A program made the translations under genes and the position numbers. This document shows positions 40,251 to 55,092 of a stretch of 64,000 nucleotides of DNA, one piece after another; position 1 is the stretch's first letter; every line of letters begins with the position of its first letter. Source of the DNA: Octopus vulgaris (Eukaryota); assembly GCA_951406725.2 (NCBI GenBank), contig OX597826.1:21514001-21578000 (forward strand), written 5' to 3'. Under the pieces are notes generated by a model. It was given only the letters and a program-made list of their open reading frames with translations. It was not told where the DNA came from and made no database searches.

Positions 40251-41793
40251 CATGTGTGAATATGAAAAAAGACACATACAAGTATGTGTGCATATGTGTG
40301 TGTGTGTGTGTGTGTGTGTGACTCTGTCTTCCATCATCAATTGACAACCGGTGTTGGTGTGTTTACATCCCCATAACTTAGCAGTTCAGTAAAAGAGCTT
40401 GATAGAATAAGTACCAGGCATAAGAAAGAAAGTCATGAAGTTGGTTCATTCGACTAAAAGTGCTTCAATGTGGTGCTCCAGCATGGTCACAGTTACTACA
40501 TGCCTGAAACAAGTAAAAAACATAAAAGTTTGAAGATGAAAGATGTATTTGTTCATGTTTTATATATATATTTGTATGTTTATATATATATATATATGCA
40601 TGTAAGTATATACACACAGATATATATATGTATATGTGTGTAAGTATATACACACAGAAATATATATATATATATATGTAAGTATATGCACACAGATCTA
40701 TATATATATATATATATACTTCATAGCCAACTATTTGAGATACAACAAACTCATTGAAATGCATGTGTGTTTGTGTGTGTGTCTCATGGCTGACGACTGT
40801 TTGAGATACAATAATACAAACAAGTGTGTCGTGTTTACAAATTTTAGTTGTCAGCAACATTAGAAATATTTTATTAGTTTTAACTTGAGAACGGACATCT
40901 GCTGGAAGCCTTGACCTTTGCTGGTCAAGGCTTTGGCCATGACCTGTGAAGGCCCAGAACCTGTTAAGGAACTATGGCCAGTACAAAGTCCTTTCAGATC
41001 CTCTGAGATCAATACAGTTGAAGTTCATCCTTTCAACAAATGTCAAAAAGTCTTCTGAGACCAACGAAATGAAATCCAAAATTTATTCTAACAAAAACCA
41101 AAGGTTAACTCTTATGTACCATGAGATAAGAATGTTAGCAATAAAGGACTTATATATAAGCATCATCATCATCATCATCACAGTCATCATCACCACCACA
41201 ATCATCATCATCATTGTCATTGTCGTCTTCATCACCACCACCACCACCACCACCACCACACCACCACCATCATCATCATCATCATCATCATTTTATGTCC
41301 ACCAACTATACTAGTATGGGTTTGATGAGTCATCACTGCCTTAGTCAGTTCTTATTCTCTGGACAGGTCAGAGGACTACATCTTGCTTTTGCTCTCCATT
41401 TTAGTAAGGCTTCTGAGACTGGATGCCTTTTCTGACCCCAAACACTCTACAGAATGCACCAAACAGGTTATCATGTCCTCTGCAAGATGAAGGAGTCTTT
41501 CCTCTGTACATCTTCTCTGTTCACACAAAGCCAACAAGATCAAGAGGATGATCAGAAGAGAGAAAGAGAGTAACGTGTGAGAGGGGGAAAGTAAAGATAA
41601 TGGAAGGATGAGTGTGAAGGGGAAAACAGCAGAATAAGAGGAAGTAGTGGAAGAAAGATAGTGAGAAGCATGGGATAGTGGAGAAGCATGGGATGAGATC
41701 AATACAATTCAATATAACCTAATAAATTAATATAATATTCCCTAATTAATCAATGCTATTTCATTTTTCAATATATTATCTCATTTATAAAGT

Positions 41794-42005
41794 TAGCAAG
41801 CTGGCAGAATCATTAGCAAACTGGACATAAGGCTAAGTTGTATTTCATCCATCTTTACATCGTGAGTTCAAATCCCACCAAGGTTGACTTTGCTCTTCAT
41901 CCTTTTGGGGTCAATGAAATAAATACTACTGAAGTACTGGAGTCAATAGAATCAATTAGTCCCCTCCCCCTATAATTTCAGATCTTGCAGCCATGGTAGA
42001 AAGGA
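41794..42005 (+). mobile_element. Meta-core SINE (further copies at about 39083-39205 -, 39547-39680 +, 53343-53445 -, 54014-54062 +, 55395-55540 +)
   Basis: agcaagctggcagaatcattagc...gagttcaaatccc...gactttgctcttcatccttttggggtcaat. Confidence 0.8.
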
Positions 42006-42639
42006 ATATATTATTTCGTTTATTAATACGATATTAACTAATTAATGATGAAAACTTAAATGTCTAATTATTAATACAGTTTCTTATTTGTGTTTTCAAT
42101 CAATCTAAATCTACAATCTTTATTCATGATGTTTCCTTCTCAATCCACTTTAGTCACTAATGTCCTGCTAAAGTCCATTGATTTATTTCAATAATTAGAA
42201 TCTTCACCAATTACTTCCTTGGTTTTTAGAACAAAATTTATTCACCAGCAATGTTTCAGCATGATGCCACAAAACAGTTTGGTGACAACATTACGCATTA
42301 CTCGAGTATAACTACTACTACTACTACTACTACTCGCTTACACACACACACACACACACATACACACTACACACACAGAGTATAATCTAAAGCAACCATT
42401 TTAATAACTTAAACTTTAATTCTTCTTTTTGTTTTTACCTGGAAATATATCTGAGCCATAATGTACTGGCTGAGTGTACTTGTCTTCAAGAATTCTTAGA
42501 AAAAGAGAAAGTGAAAGAAAGAGAGAAAGAGAAAGATGGAGAGAGAGAGAGAGAGTCCTGATCAGTCTGACCTGAAATCAAAGGCCTCCCAGCCATAGCC
42601 ATCTCTGCTTTTCTCCATTTGTAGAAACCTTAGGACCAA

Positions 42640-43220
42640 ATATAGACATGTGGTTGTGGCACATTAGCTGACCTGTGGTAGAAACATGTGGTGATAATGT
42701 AACATGGTGACATGTGGTGAAGACACATATTGACATGTAGTGGTAATTATATGATATATTGGTTATAACATGTGAGAATATTATCTTGTAGTGGTGACAT
42801 GGGGAGTGGAGGAGTAACATTCCACTTGTGTCATATATTGATGACACTTGGCAATTGATAGGGACACACTGTTGGTGTCATGTAGTGAAAACATGTGATA
42901 GGGGAAAGCTGGGAGTAACATGTAGCAGTGACATGTTTTTGAGATGTACTAACAGTTACAGTAATAGTGACATGTAGTGATTATATATTAAAAGCAACAT
43001 GTGCTGTTTAACAACTTCCCATGCAGTGTTGACATGTAACAGTGATATATTGTAATGACATGTAGTGGTTTTATATTGATAGCAACATATGATAGTGAGA
43101 TGTAGTAGAGACATGTGGTGGTGATGGTGGTGGTGGTGTGAAGCATTAACATGTAATAACAATTGATTGATTACATGTGATGGTTACATATTGGTAAACA
43201 CAATGGTTTTTTACATGGTT
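42640..43220. repeat. Degenerate tandem repeat with acatgt(a/g)gtg core
   Basis: Many ACATGT/GTAGTG/GTGGTG units at irregular short spacing. Confidence 0.6.
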
Positions 43221-43337
43221 ACAGACCAAAAGATATCAGCCACTGATGGACAAGAGGAGTTTGCTCTACATCATGGTCCAGTGGTTTGGACTCCCATTTC
43301 TCGTTAGTGCATCAGAGGCCAGCTTGTTTGGCTATAT

Positions 43338-43380
<43 letters not shown>

Positions 43381-43406
43381 CATGATGATGATGATGATGA
43401 TGATGA

Positions 43407-43900
43407 AGTGAGAGAGCAGTGTATGCCATCAAAGTGACACAAGGGTAAAATATACAAAGCCCAGCATACCCATCATGACTACCTGTGCATGACATGATGA
43501 TCTCATATCAAGATAAACAGTGCATGACCTTGCGGGTGGGGCCTAGTTAGAATTTACATAGAGTAGCCCATCCTACTCAAAAGGTCCCTGAAGAAGGCTT
43601 GTTTTAAGGATGATGAACAAAACACCCATGTTTCCAGAGGTGAATTATTCAAACCCTCCCAAGAATTCCTCTCAATACATGGCTATGATGCTCCTGATCA
43701 GAGATGCACATATTGTTAGCCACCAAGGGACATGTTCAACTGCTTAAGGTCAAGCAACTGACAAGCAAATCTGTGGTATTGAGCAGAATATTTGCTGTAG
43801 CCCATCTTTTATACCAAGACAAAACAATGTACATGATAACACTTCCAATCAGTTAAGATCAGAAGCCATGAGAGCCACTGCCTGGTACTGCATCAGAGCA
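43407..43900 (-). mobile_element. Element X, copy 2 (two internal deletions)
   Basis: Aligns to 6741-7292. Flanked by (TTA)n(GAT)n and (TTA)n. Confidence 0.85.
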
Positions 43901-43928
43901 ATTATTATTATTATTATTATTATTATTA

Positions 43929-44454
43929 TTGAGTGAGAGACCAGTTCATGCCATCAAAGTGACACTGGGGTAAAATATACGAAGCCCAATATACCCATCA
44001 TGACTACCCGTCTGATAAAGGTACACCAGGCACATGCATCACAACCATATGTGCGCGACATGGTGATCTCATATCAAGATAAACAGCACATGACCTTGCA
44101 GGTGGGGCCCAGTTAGAATTTTCTTCAGGTTGAGTAGCCCATCCCGCTCAAACGGTCCCTGAATAAGAGTTGTTTAAGGATGTTGAAAGAACCACCCATG
44201 TTTCCAGAGGTGAACTATTCAAACCCCAAAGAATCCCTCTCAACACATGGCTATGATGCTCCCCCACTACTTCTGCTCGTGATCAGAGATGCACATATCG
44301 TCAGCCACTAAGGGACATGCTCAACTGGTTAAGGTCAAACAACTGACAAGCAAATCTGTGGTATTGAGCAGAATATTTGCTGTAGCCCATCTTTTATACC
44401 AAAACAAAACAATGTACATGATAACACTTCCAATCAGTTAAGATCAGAAGCCAT
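43929..44454 (-). mobile_element. Element X, copy 3 (in tandem with copy 2)
   Basis: Nearly identical to copy 1; (TTA)n on both sides. Confidence 0.9.
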
Positions 44455-44607
44455 TATTATTAATAATAATATTATTATTATTATTATTACTATTATTTAT
44501 TGTCTTTGCGCAGCTTCCTTTCTTCCTTATCACATACCCTGTTATCAGCTGGGCATGCTATATCTATGATCCAGCATCATTTGTTTTCTATTCTTCTTTT
44601 TCTTCTT

Positions 44608-44669
<62 letters not shown>

Positions 44670-44721
44670 CATCATCATTATCACCATCATCATCATCATC
44701 ATCATCATCATCATTACTATT

Positions 44722-44935
44722 AAGGCAGCAAGCTGGCAGAATCCTGAGCATGCCAGGTGAAATGCTTAGAGGTATTTTGCCCATTGCTGTTCTGAGTTCA
44801 AATTCCACTGAGGTCAGTTTTGCCTTTTATCCTTTCAGGGTCAATAAATTAAGTACCAGTGAAACACTGGGGTTGATGTAATCGACTTGTCCCCTCCTCT
44901 CAAATTTCAGGCCTTCTGCCTATAATAGAAAGGAT
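44722..44935 (+). mobile_element. Meta-core SINE followed by a long (TTA)n tract (44934-45297)
   Basis: aaggcagcaagctggcagaatc...ttctgagttcaaattccactgaggtc...agaaaggattatta. Confidence 0.85.
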
Positions 44936-44967
44936 TATTATTATTATCATTATTATTATTAGTAGTA

Positions 44968-45047
<80 letters not shown>

Positions 45048-45097
45048 GTTTATTATTATTGTTATTATTATTATTATCATTATTATTATTAGTAGTA

Positions 45098-45153
<56 letters not shown>

Positions 45154-45199
45154 GTTATTATTATTATTGTTATCATTATTATTGTTATTATTATTATTA

Positions 45200-45275
<76 letters not shown>

Positions 45276-46131
45276 CATCATCATCATCATCATCATTATG
45301 TATTCAAATCTGTTGTTTTTTACCCTTTCTTTACTGCCAGTGATCGCCCCCCACCTCTTCTCCAAGCCACTTCTGTCAGATCAAACCTGAAGCCACACTG
45401 CTCTGAAGCAAACTTCTTGACTACACCCCCACACATGTACCCATACATAGAATATTTAATCATAGTTAACATCTTTATTAATATACTTGCTGTGATATTC
45501 TATGTTTACTCACATAAATTTCTTATCTCAAATTTATGAATGACAACAATAACACCCTGTTAGTTGGTTCCTTGGTTGCTCTGAAAGATGTCACACTGAC
45601 TTCAAAAGAATTAATTGTTCTGACAATGAACACAGCAGGGAATGAAATTGCTACATTGCACTAAACCTCAACACTAGCCACAACCAGGCAACATTTTAAT
45701 TTAAGTTAAATTATTTGAATATTTAGTTTGTTTTGTGAAAATTGGTCTTAATTATTTTTGTAAAATTTCCCCAACCAAATTCCAGTATGTGAATATAACA
45801 ATATTATTATAATTGATTGTTAAACATTATTCATATATAAATTGTAACATGTGAAATTTGTCGCGCTTATTTTATTTAATATTTTTTATTTTTTGAATTA
45901 GCATTCATTTTGTTATTTTCTATCAGCAACATTATTAATCTGAAAAAAGTACAAGAATAACCATTGTCGATCTGTAACATAAACTGATATTAAGCACATT
46001 ACCCAGCGCCGTTGCCAGCCATATTGATAAGTGAACACTCTTAGTAATAACATTGGATAGATGTTAACCCAATCAACATTCATGGATGATTGTTTTCTAA
46101 AGAACCAATAACGTCTTTTACTTTAACACAG

Positions 46132-46285
46132 GAGAATAGCTAGGAAAACAGCTTAGAGGACCAAGTAAGAATACTCTTAGAGATGGGAAAAAGTGTTCAG
46201 CAAGCCAGCACAGAGGATCGATCTTTGAGAAGTACCGGGTGCGATTCTCTGCAACAGCTGGCTAGACATTTTTCTGTCTATAAAG
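46132..46285 (+). other. Candidate 5' UTR exon of the TRPC gene containing an upstream ATG (46183)
   Basis: Non-repetitive block bounded by acceptor ctttaacacag (ends 46131) and donor AAG|GTATTT (46286), about 570 nt before the first coding exon. No transcript evidence. Confidence 0.4.
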
Positions 46286-46382
46286 GTATTTTATTTGATC
46301 CTCTAAACTGTTTTCACAGCTATTCTCCTGCATTTGAGATTTCCTTCATTTCTAAAATACCAACTCACTCATCATCATCATC

Positions 46383-46790
46383 AGCGTTTAATGTCCGCTT
46401 TCTATGCTAGCATGGGTTGGACGATTTGACTGAGGACTGGCGAACCAGATGGCTGCACCAGGCTCCAATCTGATCTGGCAGAGTTTCTACAGCTGGATGC
46501 CCTTCCTAATGCCAACCACTCCGAGAGTGTAGTGGCAACGGCCACACTCAAATGGTGTTTTTTACATTCCACCGGCACAGGAGCCAGTCCAGCGGCACTG
46601 GCAACGATCTCACTCGAATGTTTTGTTCACGTGCCACTGGCACAAGTGCTAGTAAGGCAATGGTGGTAACAATCACGCTCGAATGGTGCTTTTTACATGC
46701 TACTTGCACGGAAGCCAGTCAGTGGCTCTGGCAACGATCATGCTCAGAAGGTGCTCTTAGTGCTCCATGGGCACTAGCACAATGCTTCAA
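46383..46790 (-). mobile_element. RTE-tail repeat with internal ~70-bp tandem units (related fragments at 15030-15090 and 35625-35700)
   Basis: gtttaatgtccgctttctatgctagcatgggttggacg...gctggatgcccttcctaatgccaaccac; repeated gaatggtg...tttac units. Confidence 0.7.
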
Positions 46791-46939
46791 TATTTGTTTA
46801 TAAAAATTTTTTCTCATTTATAACATTTTCTCTTCTTTTGTATTTCTTTCAGCAGAGATTAATATTTGTTATGTCCAATGGACTCACTGCTGAACATAAA
46901 GATTACGTGAATCAAAGAATTTGGACAGAATAAAGCAAA

Positions 46940-47260
46940 ATGGATTTGAAACCAAAGAAACAAAAAGAACTGAACAATGAAGAGCGAATGTTCTTGGGTG
47001 CCGTGGAGAAGGGAGATGTTGCTGGTGCCAAACGTGCACTTAGTGAAGCAACAGAACGGCATATAAATAAGAGTTGCAAAGATTCCCTTGGGCGGTCAGC
47101 CCTTGTTATTGCTATTGAGAATGAAAACGGTGAACTCGTTGAGTCTTTACTTACTGCCGATGTGGAGTTGGAGGATGCGCTCCTGTACGCCATCCGAGAA
47201 GAATATGTGGAAGCAGTGGAAATGATCTTAACTCACCAACTGCAGAAATATGGAGAAGAT
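46940..47260 (+). CDS. TRPC: TRPC-family channel, first coding exon (N-terminus, ankyrin repeats)
   Basis: MDLKPKKQKELNNEERMFLGAVEKGD...DSLGRSALVIAIENEN...DALLYAIREEYVEAVEMIL matches the TRPC N-terminal ankyrin pattern. In-frame TAA at 46931-46933 precedes the ATG. Acceptor tttcag/cag at 46852/46855; donor GTGAGT at 47261; 321 nt, phase 0. Confidence 0.93.
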
Positions 47261-47396
47261 GTGAGTATTGACACATTGTGGACTATTACACCTGCTTGTT
47301 GCTCCTACACCTGTCTTTGTCTTGTTTTTCTATAAATTTGAACTATATATATATACACACACACATACATACGGACATACATACATACATGCATAC

Positions 47397-47447
<51 letters not shown>

Positions 47448-47516
47448 CACATATACACACACATACATATATATCTATACATATGCATTACATACATACA
47501 CACGCACACACACATA

Positions 47517-47557
<41 letters not shown>

Positions 47558-48187
47558 ACACACACACAATGTATCCTAATAACTCTTTAACAACTTTCTC
47601 TAAGAATATTCTCTTGTAAAAATAACCTCCATATTTCCTTCTCCTCCATTCCTTAAACCAAATTCTTTGTCATGGATTCTATTTGGAATTTTGAGAATTT
47701 GTATTAGATGCTCAAACCCTGCCCAACTGAAATCCAAGGTCATAAGTTCAAATTTTACTTCAGTTCTACCTATGGGGCAATGTATATTGCCCTTCTTGAT
47801 GGAGGATGTTGAACTAAAGGCAAAACAGGTTCCACTTTCTATGGTTGGCTGATTAACAAATAGTGTGGGCAAGTGACCCAACTATAAAATTAATTCCTCC
47901 AATAAATAAACCATTCTGCTTTTGCAAACATGAAAAAATAAAATGGATGTAAAACAGGGAAAGCAAATTAACATTTGATCCTAACAATAATTATCTATCT
48001 TTCTTTGTTTCTTTCTTTCTTTTTTCTTTCTTTCTTTCTTGCTTCCTTTCTTTCTTTCTTTCTTTCTTTCTTTCAATCTGTCTGTCTGTGTGTCTAACTA
48101 TGAATGAATATATATATTTGTATATTAGTCTGACTGTCTGATTATCTATCTACCTATCTTTTTCCCTCACTCCACATATTTATGAAA

Positions 48188-48235
<48 letters not shown>

Positions 48236-48377
48236 TAAAAGTTCATATTCTTTCAGAAAACATCTTTAAATAACAAAATAAGATATTAATTTCATTTATG
48301 AAATATTGAAAAATTTTATTTACAGAAACTTAAAATTATCCAAATTTTCCAAATCAATTTCCTATTTTATATTTCAG

Positions 48378-48893
48378 TATCTTCAAACTGAATTTGAATC
48401 GAATACTTTCACCTTGGACATCACACCAATTATATTAGCAGGTCATATTGACAACTACGAAATCATTAAAATGTTGCTTGACCGTGGTTACAGGATACCT
48501 CGACCCCATGATCTCACCTGTCATTGTGATGATTGTCTCAAAGGAAGTACCGATGATGTTTTAGGCCATTCACGAGCCAGAATCAATGCCTATCGAGCAC
48601 TGGCAAGCCCTTCGCTCATTGCTTTATCAAGTAAAGATCCGATTCTTACAGCGTTTGAGTTAAGTTGGGAACTTCGGAATCTCAGTGAACTTGAAAATGA
48701 ATTTAAAACGGAATATCAGGAACTCGGTAAAATCTGTCAGCAGTTTTCTGTTGATTTATTGGATGAAATTCGAGGTTCAAAAGAACTTGAGGTCATTTTG
48801 AATCATGATTCACGATCGCCTGATGATGATCAAAATAAAGAAAACAAGAAATTAAATCGATTGAAACTTGCCATAAAATACAAACAAAAGAGG
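48378..48893 (+). CDS. TRPC: TRPC channel coding exon 2 (last ankyrin repeat, Zn-binding TRP_2 motif, linker helices)
   Basis: [68 protein letters not shown] and [13 protein letters not shown] are hallmark TRPC motifs. Acceptor atttcag, donor GTAAAG; 516 nt, phase 0/0. Confidence 0.97.
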
Positions 48894-49439
48894 GTAAAGC
48901 TGATTTTCTTACATTATTTCATTATTTCATTGTTTTTATCAAACATGTAATCAAACATGTAATTTTTCAGAATAATTTTCCTGGAATATTTTTCTGTATC
49001 AGCCATATTAGCACTTTCCTTTCATACTTTATTCATATATTTTATGCATCAACATATATATTTTATACAACTAAAAATATATTTTGTACATCTACATATA
49101 AATGTTTTACACATCTATATCTGTTTCTAGGGGGGAATGGCTTAGTGGTTAGGGTGTTGCACTTATGATTGTAAGATTGTAGTTTCAGTTCCTGGAGCAA
49201 GTGACACATTGTGCTCTTGAGCAAAATACTTCATTTCACATTGCTTCCATCCACTCACCTAGGAAAAATGAGTAATCCTGCAACAGACAGACATCCCAAA
49301 TGGGCTGACGGGGGCGGGGGGGGGGAATATATACACCACAGAATCTAGGAAACCAGCCTTATGAGTTTATGGCTTGGAAAAGACATTTGATTGGTTTTTT
49401 TTAATGTATACATTTCATATAACAACATATATGCTAATG

Positions 49440-49790
49440 TCCAGCGACGTGAAGACCAAAGAACTGAGGTATTTCAGATTGCAAGAGTGTGTGAGAGAAA
49501 ATTGTGATGTCATGGGAGAGAAATGTTTCCGCATGGATGATGGTGCACTTGCTTTTAATGATTCAGAAAAGAAAGAGGCTTGGAGAAGCCATTATGAAAA
49601 ACTGCTGAATGTGGAGAATGAATGGGAGGAGGAGAGCCTACCAAATGTTGATCCAGTTGAGGGACCAGCTATCCTAATAGACAGCACTCTGGTAGATAAA
49701 GCAATTAAGGGCATGAAGCCAAGAAAAGCCCCCAGCCCATCAGGAATCACTGCTGAGATGCTTAAAACATCTGGTGGTGTGGACCATGGC
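49440..49790 (+). mobile_element. RTE LINE fragment (pre-RT region) in a TRPC intron
   Basis: EKKEAWRSHYEKLLNVENEW...VEGP...KAIKGMKPRKAPSPSGITAEMLK. Confidence 0.85.
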
Positions 49791-49895
49791 CTAGTTACCT
49801 CTATTTCCAGGTCTTTGTATTTTGAAGGTTTCTCCATTTCTTTTAGAGAAACATTGTCATCTATTGGTATTGATACATCAATTAGAAAGCATTTC
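49789..49895 (-). mobile_element. Dong/R4 LINE fragment (endonuclease region)
   Basis: Close match to 7657-7762 (MEKPSKYKDLEIEVTR). Followed by (TAT)n. Confidence 0.85.
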
Positions 49896-49905
49896 TCTAT
49901 CTGTG

Positions 49906-49971
<66 letters not shown>

Positions 49972-49988
49972 TCCTGTATTTGTTTCAG

Positions 49989-50223
49989 TTTGTTTCTCAT
50001 CCAAATTGTCAACAGTTACTAGCATCTAAATGGTACGAAGGTTTAGGTAACTTCCGACGAAAGCCTGCCATTAAACAACTTACAATTGCTTTAACAATTT
50101 GTTTCCTGTTCCCAGTTCTTAGTATGATTTATATGGTTGCTCCTCACAGTAAATTTGGTAAACTCTGTCGAAAGCCTTTTATCAAATTTTTACTCCATGC
50201 TGCGTCTTATATGAGTTTCTTAG
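49989..50223 (+). CDS. TRPC: TRPC channel coding exon 3 (pre-S1 elbow, start of S1)
   Basis: FVSHPNCQQLLASKWYEGL...KPFIKFLLHAASYMSFL. Acceptor tgtttcag, donor GTAAGT; 235 nt, phase 0/1. Confidence 0.96.
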
Positions 50224-51635
50224 GTAAGTAACGTTTTCATTTCTGCCATTTTTCATCTGAAATCAATCAATCTTACCTTTGACAGCTTAATTCAAACAGA
50301 GAAATAGAAGATTCAACTAAAACTATTTGATTGTCAACAAACATCTTCAAGGAGTACAACTGTCCTCCTTTCACCTTGTAATGGGAGACAGAAGACACAA
50401 ATAATGTTCTGTCAACATTCTGGAAGCTTCCTGGAGCTAGTTTTATATAAAACTAGCTTAAAAGCTGCGTTCCATGTGGACTTTTAAGCTAACTCCTGCA
50501 GAGAGCCAATTAGGCCTGCAACCCGAAACTAAAGAGAGCTAAATAGCATGACTGTAATATGTCTATAATGAATATATATGCCCTGGAGGTGTTTGATCAG
50601 AGTTTAGGGACAGATAAGAAGTAATTCTGTAATGCAATAATTCTATTGTTCCAGTCCCAAGTTGAATTCCAACTGTTGGTTAATTTGTCCCAAAGTTTTT
50701 ATCTCAATGTAAAATTAACAAAGCTAAAATCATTTGAAGTCATCTGACAAACGCCAACCAAGATGACATGAATCAGCCAAGCTTTGCCTGCTAAAAATAG
50801 CAACCAAAATGCTTTTAAATCAGATCCCAATGCTGGATGTTCAAGAACCAAATGAAGGATAGATTTTCAATCCTGGGATCATCCTGATTCCAAAAAGGTA
50901 TAATATGTCTATGAAGAGCCAATGTAAAGATTGTTTGCCAAAATAACATGGCAGTCCTGGTTTAGGATGAATGTTACTGTAATTTATCCCCAGGAGACTT
51001 TCCTTTAGTTAATACTTTGCTTGTTGCTGTGGTGGAATCCATTGCTTTCAGCATTTACCATTTTGAAGAGCACACACTTTTCATCATTAGTGGCATGTTA
51101 ACCTAAAACCAAGAATTGGTATCAGTTTGTGAGGAATTCATTTCTGAAACTTGAATACCATTGCAAGCTTTGGAAAGTGATGATGAATTCAGTTCTTTTG
51201 CTAACATTTTTATTGCCATTTCTCTTGAGTAATGCAATCAGTTTTTCAACATCAAAGAAAACAAGATGACCACAAAGGGGAGAATATTTCAAACCAAAGT
51301 CTCTATCTTGATGACTTCTGAAATCATTAATGGCACTTTCACTCATTCATACCATTATTACCAGACAACAGTAGCTAACCATTTTTGAATCCATAAAACC
51401 TGGTATATCTTACCAGTTCTGTAATAGTCTCCAAAATTGTGAGAGGTTATCCAAGCAGCCATGAATGCAGACCCTCTGGCATGCTGCTTGTTATAAAGAT
51501 GGCACTTTCCCTGTTTAGAACTGCTGAAGAAATGTTGAAGTTTTGCATTTAGACAAAATTCTATGAATCAGAAAAACGAATGATAACAGTTTTGAGATGA
51601 ACTGATATGCGTATGTATGTGTATGTGTGTGTGCA

Positions 51636-51666
<31 letters not shown>

Positions 51667-51698
51667 TGAGTACATAGAGATATACAGATATACATACA

Positions 51699-51732
<34 letters not shown>

Positions 51733-51751
51733 TGTATGTATATATATGCAA

Positions 51752-51814
<63 letters not shown>

Positions 51815-52261
51815 TACACACATTCTCCCAAAACAGTTCTCTAGCTACTGAAATTCAGACATTGCTGTGAAGAATTTTAAAGAACACTTTTATGCTTTAC
51901 TTATCTTTTAAAACTGATTCCAGTCTTCTTTAATATCAGTTTGCTTCTTCATCTCCAAGAGATGAAACAGCACTAATTTCATGCTTTTCTCCAACCAAAT
52001 TCCTAATGAAGTTATTCTTAGACAAGCACTGAATACCTAAATTTACATGAAATTCTTACAAATTCTAGGTTGATGATTTCAGCTGATAATGGTGTCAGTG
52101 AAACTCTAACTCCAAGAGTTTAAATATAAACTAAATTGTGTTTTTGAAATGGAGGAGAATTTGTTTTTAATAACAAAAGTCATTTCCTCTACTTTATTTG
52201 TCTGAAATTATCAGGGATTAGGTTGACAATATTTTCATATTTGATAATATATGCAATTGTA

Positions 52262-53339
<1,078 letters not shown>

Positions 53340-53489
53340 TGATTCAATTTTTGGCACAAAGCCAGGAATTTTAGGAGAAAGGGTCAGTTGCATCAACCCT
53401 ACTAGTTGACTAGTGCTTTGCTTTGTCGACCCCCAAAGGGATGAAAATATTTTCTTGCTGTTGTTGTTAATATAATCATCATCATAATG

Positions 53490-53800
53490 CTGCAACATTT
53501 GGACCAGGCTCCCCAGGGCACAAGGAGATTTCTGATACAAGTGCAGGCATGATAAAGTCCTTACAGAAGTTGTCAAGTGGATGGAATTGCAGAGAGCAAA
53601 GGTCCACATGCAGCAGCAATCACCAGCCAGTGGTATCTGATTCCAGGAGGAAGGTGATACAGGTTGCTAAGGCTTTTATCAAACTAGCAGGGATCTATTT
53701 TCTATTTTGCATCAAATTTCTGACTGGGAAATGCCACTGGATCTGAATGATAGACTTATCTCTCTGGAAGAGGTTGTAGCAATTTTGCCTCAACCCTTAT
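53490..53800 (+). mobile_element. HERO/NeSL-like RLE LINE fragment
   Basis: YKCRHDKVLTEVVKWMELQR and DWEMPLDLNDRLISLEEVVAILPQP resemble the RHD and DW..DL...PD segments of R2-superfamily elements. Confidence 0.6.
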
Positions 53801-53852
53801 GGCAGCCTCTATTTGTTCCATGTATTGTCATTATTATTATTATTATTATTAT

Positions 53853-53912
<60 letters not shown>

Positions 53913-53957
53913 GACGACGACGACGACGACGACGATGACTACTACTACTACTACTAC

Positions 53958-54008
<51 letters not shown>

Positions 54009-54128
54009 TACTTTCAAATTCCACCAAGGTCGACTTTGCCTTTCATCCTTCTGGGATCGGTAAAAAGCTTAAATTGACAATATATTAAGATCATTCATTA
54101 AATAATTCTCCTTGTTTTACCATTCCAG

Positions 54129-54263
54129 GTCTACTCATCATGGTTTCACAAAGAATAGAAAATCCTTTATTTTTCCTGTTTCCATTTGATGAAACAAAGA
54201 AGAAAGAATTGAGAGGGAAACCTGCCACCATTGTAGAAATGATGATCTTGTGTTATGTTCTTG
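54129..54263 (+). CDS. TRPC: TRPC channel coding exon 4 (end of S1, S1-S2 loop, S2)
   Basis: (G)LLIMVSQRIE...RGKPATIVEMMILCYVL(G). Acceptor cattccag, donor GTAAAT; 135 nt, phase 1/1, consistent with its neighbours. Confidence 0.92.
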
Positions 54264-54968
54264 GTAAATTATTTCAGATTTCTTTGCTTCCATTAATAAA
54301 TACAGTCATTGGTGTTGACCACTCTCCTCAAACAGATGACCCAGCTCCTCTCTCTTCTCCAGTATCCAAACAGTCCTCACATTTAGAGTGCCAGCTTTTG
54401 TGGTTCTTTTGCAGGACAAAATATGTTCTTTATATTTGTCTCAGCGACAACTGGTCCATCATCCACTGGCCACGACTGTGGCTCTAAACCAGCAGAGTCA
54501 TAACAACCTTGACAGTGTAGTTCCTTGACAGTGTAGTTAGGGGTTCTAACCTTGGTGTTGTTAAGAACACTCTCCATGGTTCTTTTCAATGGCTGATAAT
54601 ACCTTACTGGTGCCACTCAAGTAAGGTAATTATTCAACCTATAAATGGGGCCCTAACAAGTACTACTATTCTGGGCCAGAGCAGACCTAGGAGTGATGAC
54701 AACTAAGGGGTAGCTCCATATTTCCCCACAGCTCCTGAACTTCCTAACTGGAGCCTTGCCACTGGATGTAGTTTATTGTCATACATAGGATGATAAATGT
54801 TGATGATGATGATGATGATGATGATGATAATGATAATGATGATGTTGATATGCGTGTGTGTATTGCTATTGCTGCTCTTGTGGTATTCCATACATCTGCT
54901 CTTAAATTACAGCAATCCATTTTGTATGATGCTCAACTGATCCTGCAGACACACTGACAACATCTCAG

Positions 54969-55092
<124 letters not shown>

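Noticed and set aside
51040-51510. Complex non-repetitive intronic block with a 74-aa minus-strand ORF
   Set aside because: No recognisable domain or splice signals; could be an old pseudogene or transposon, but this cannot be supported by eye.
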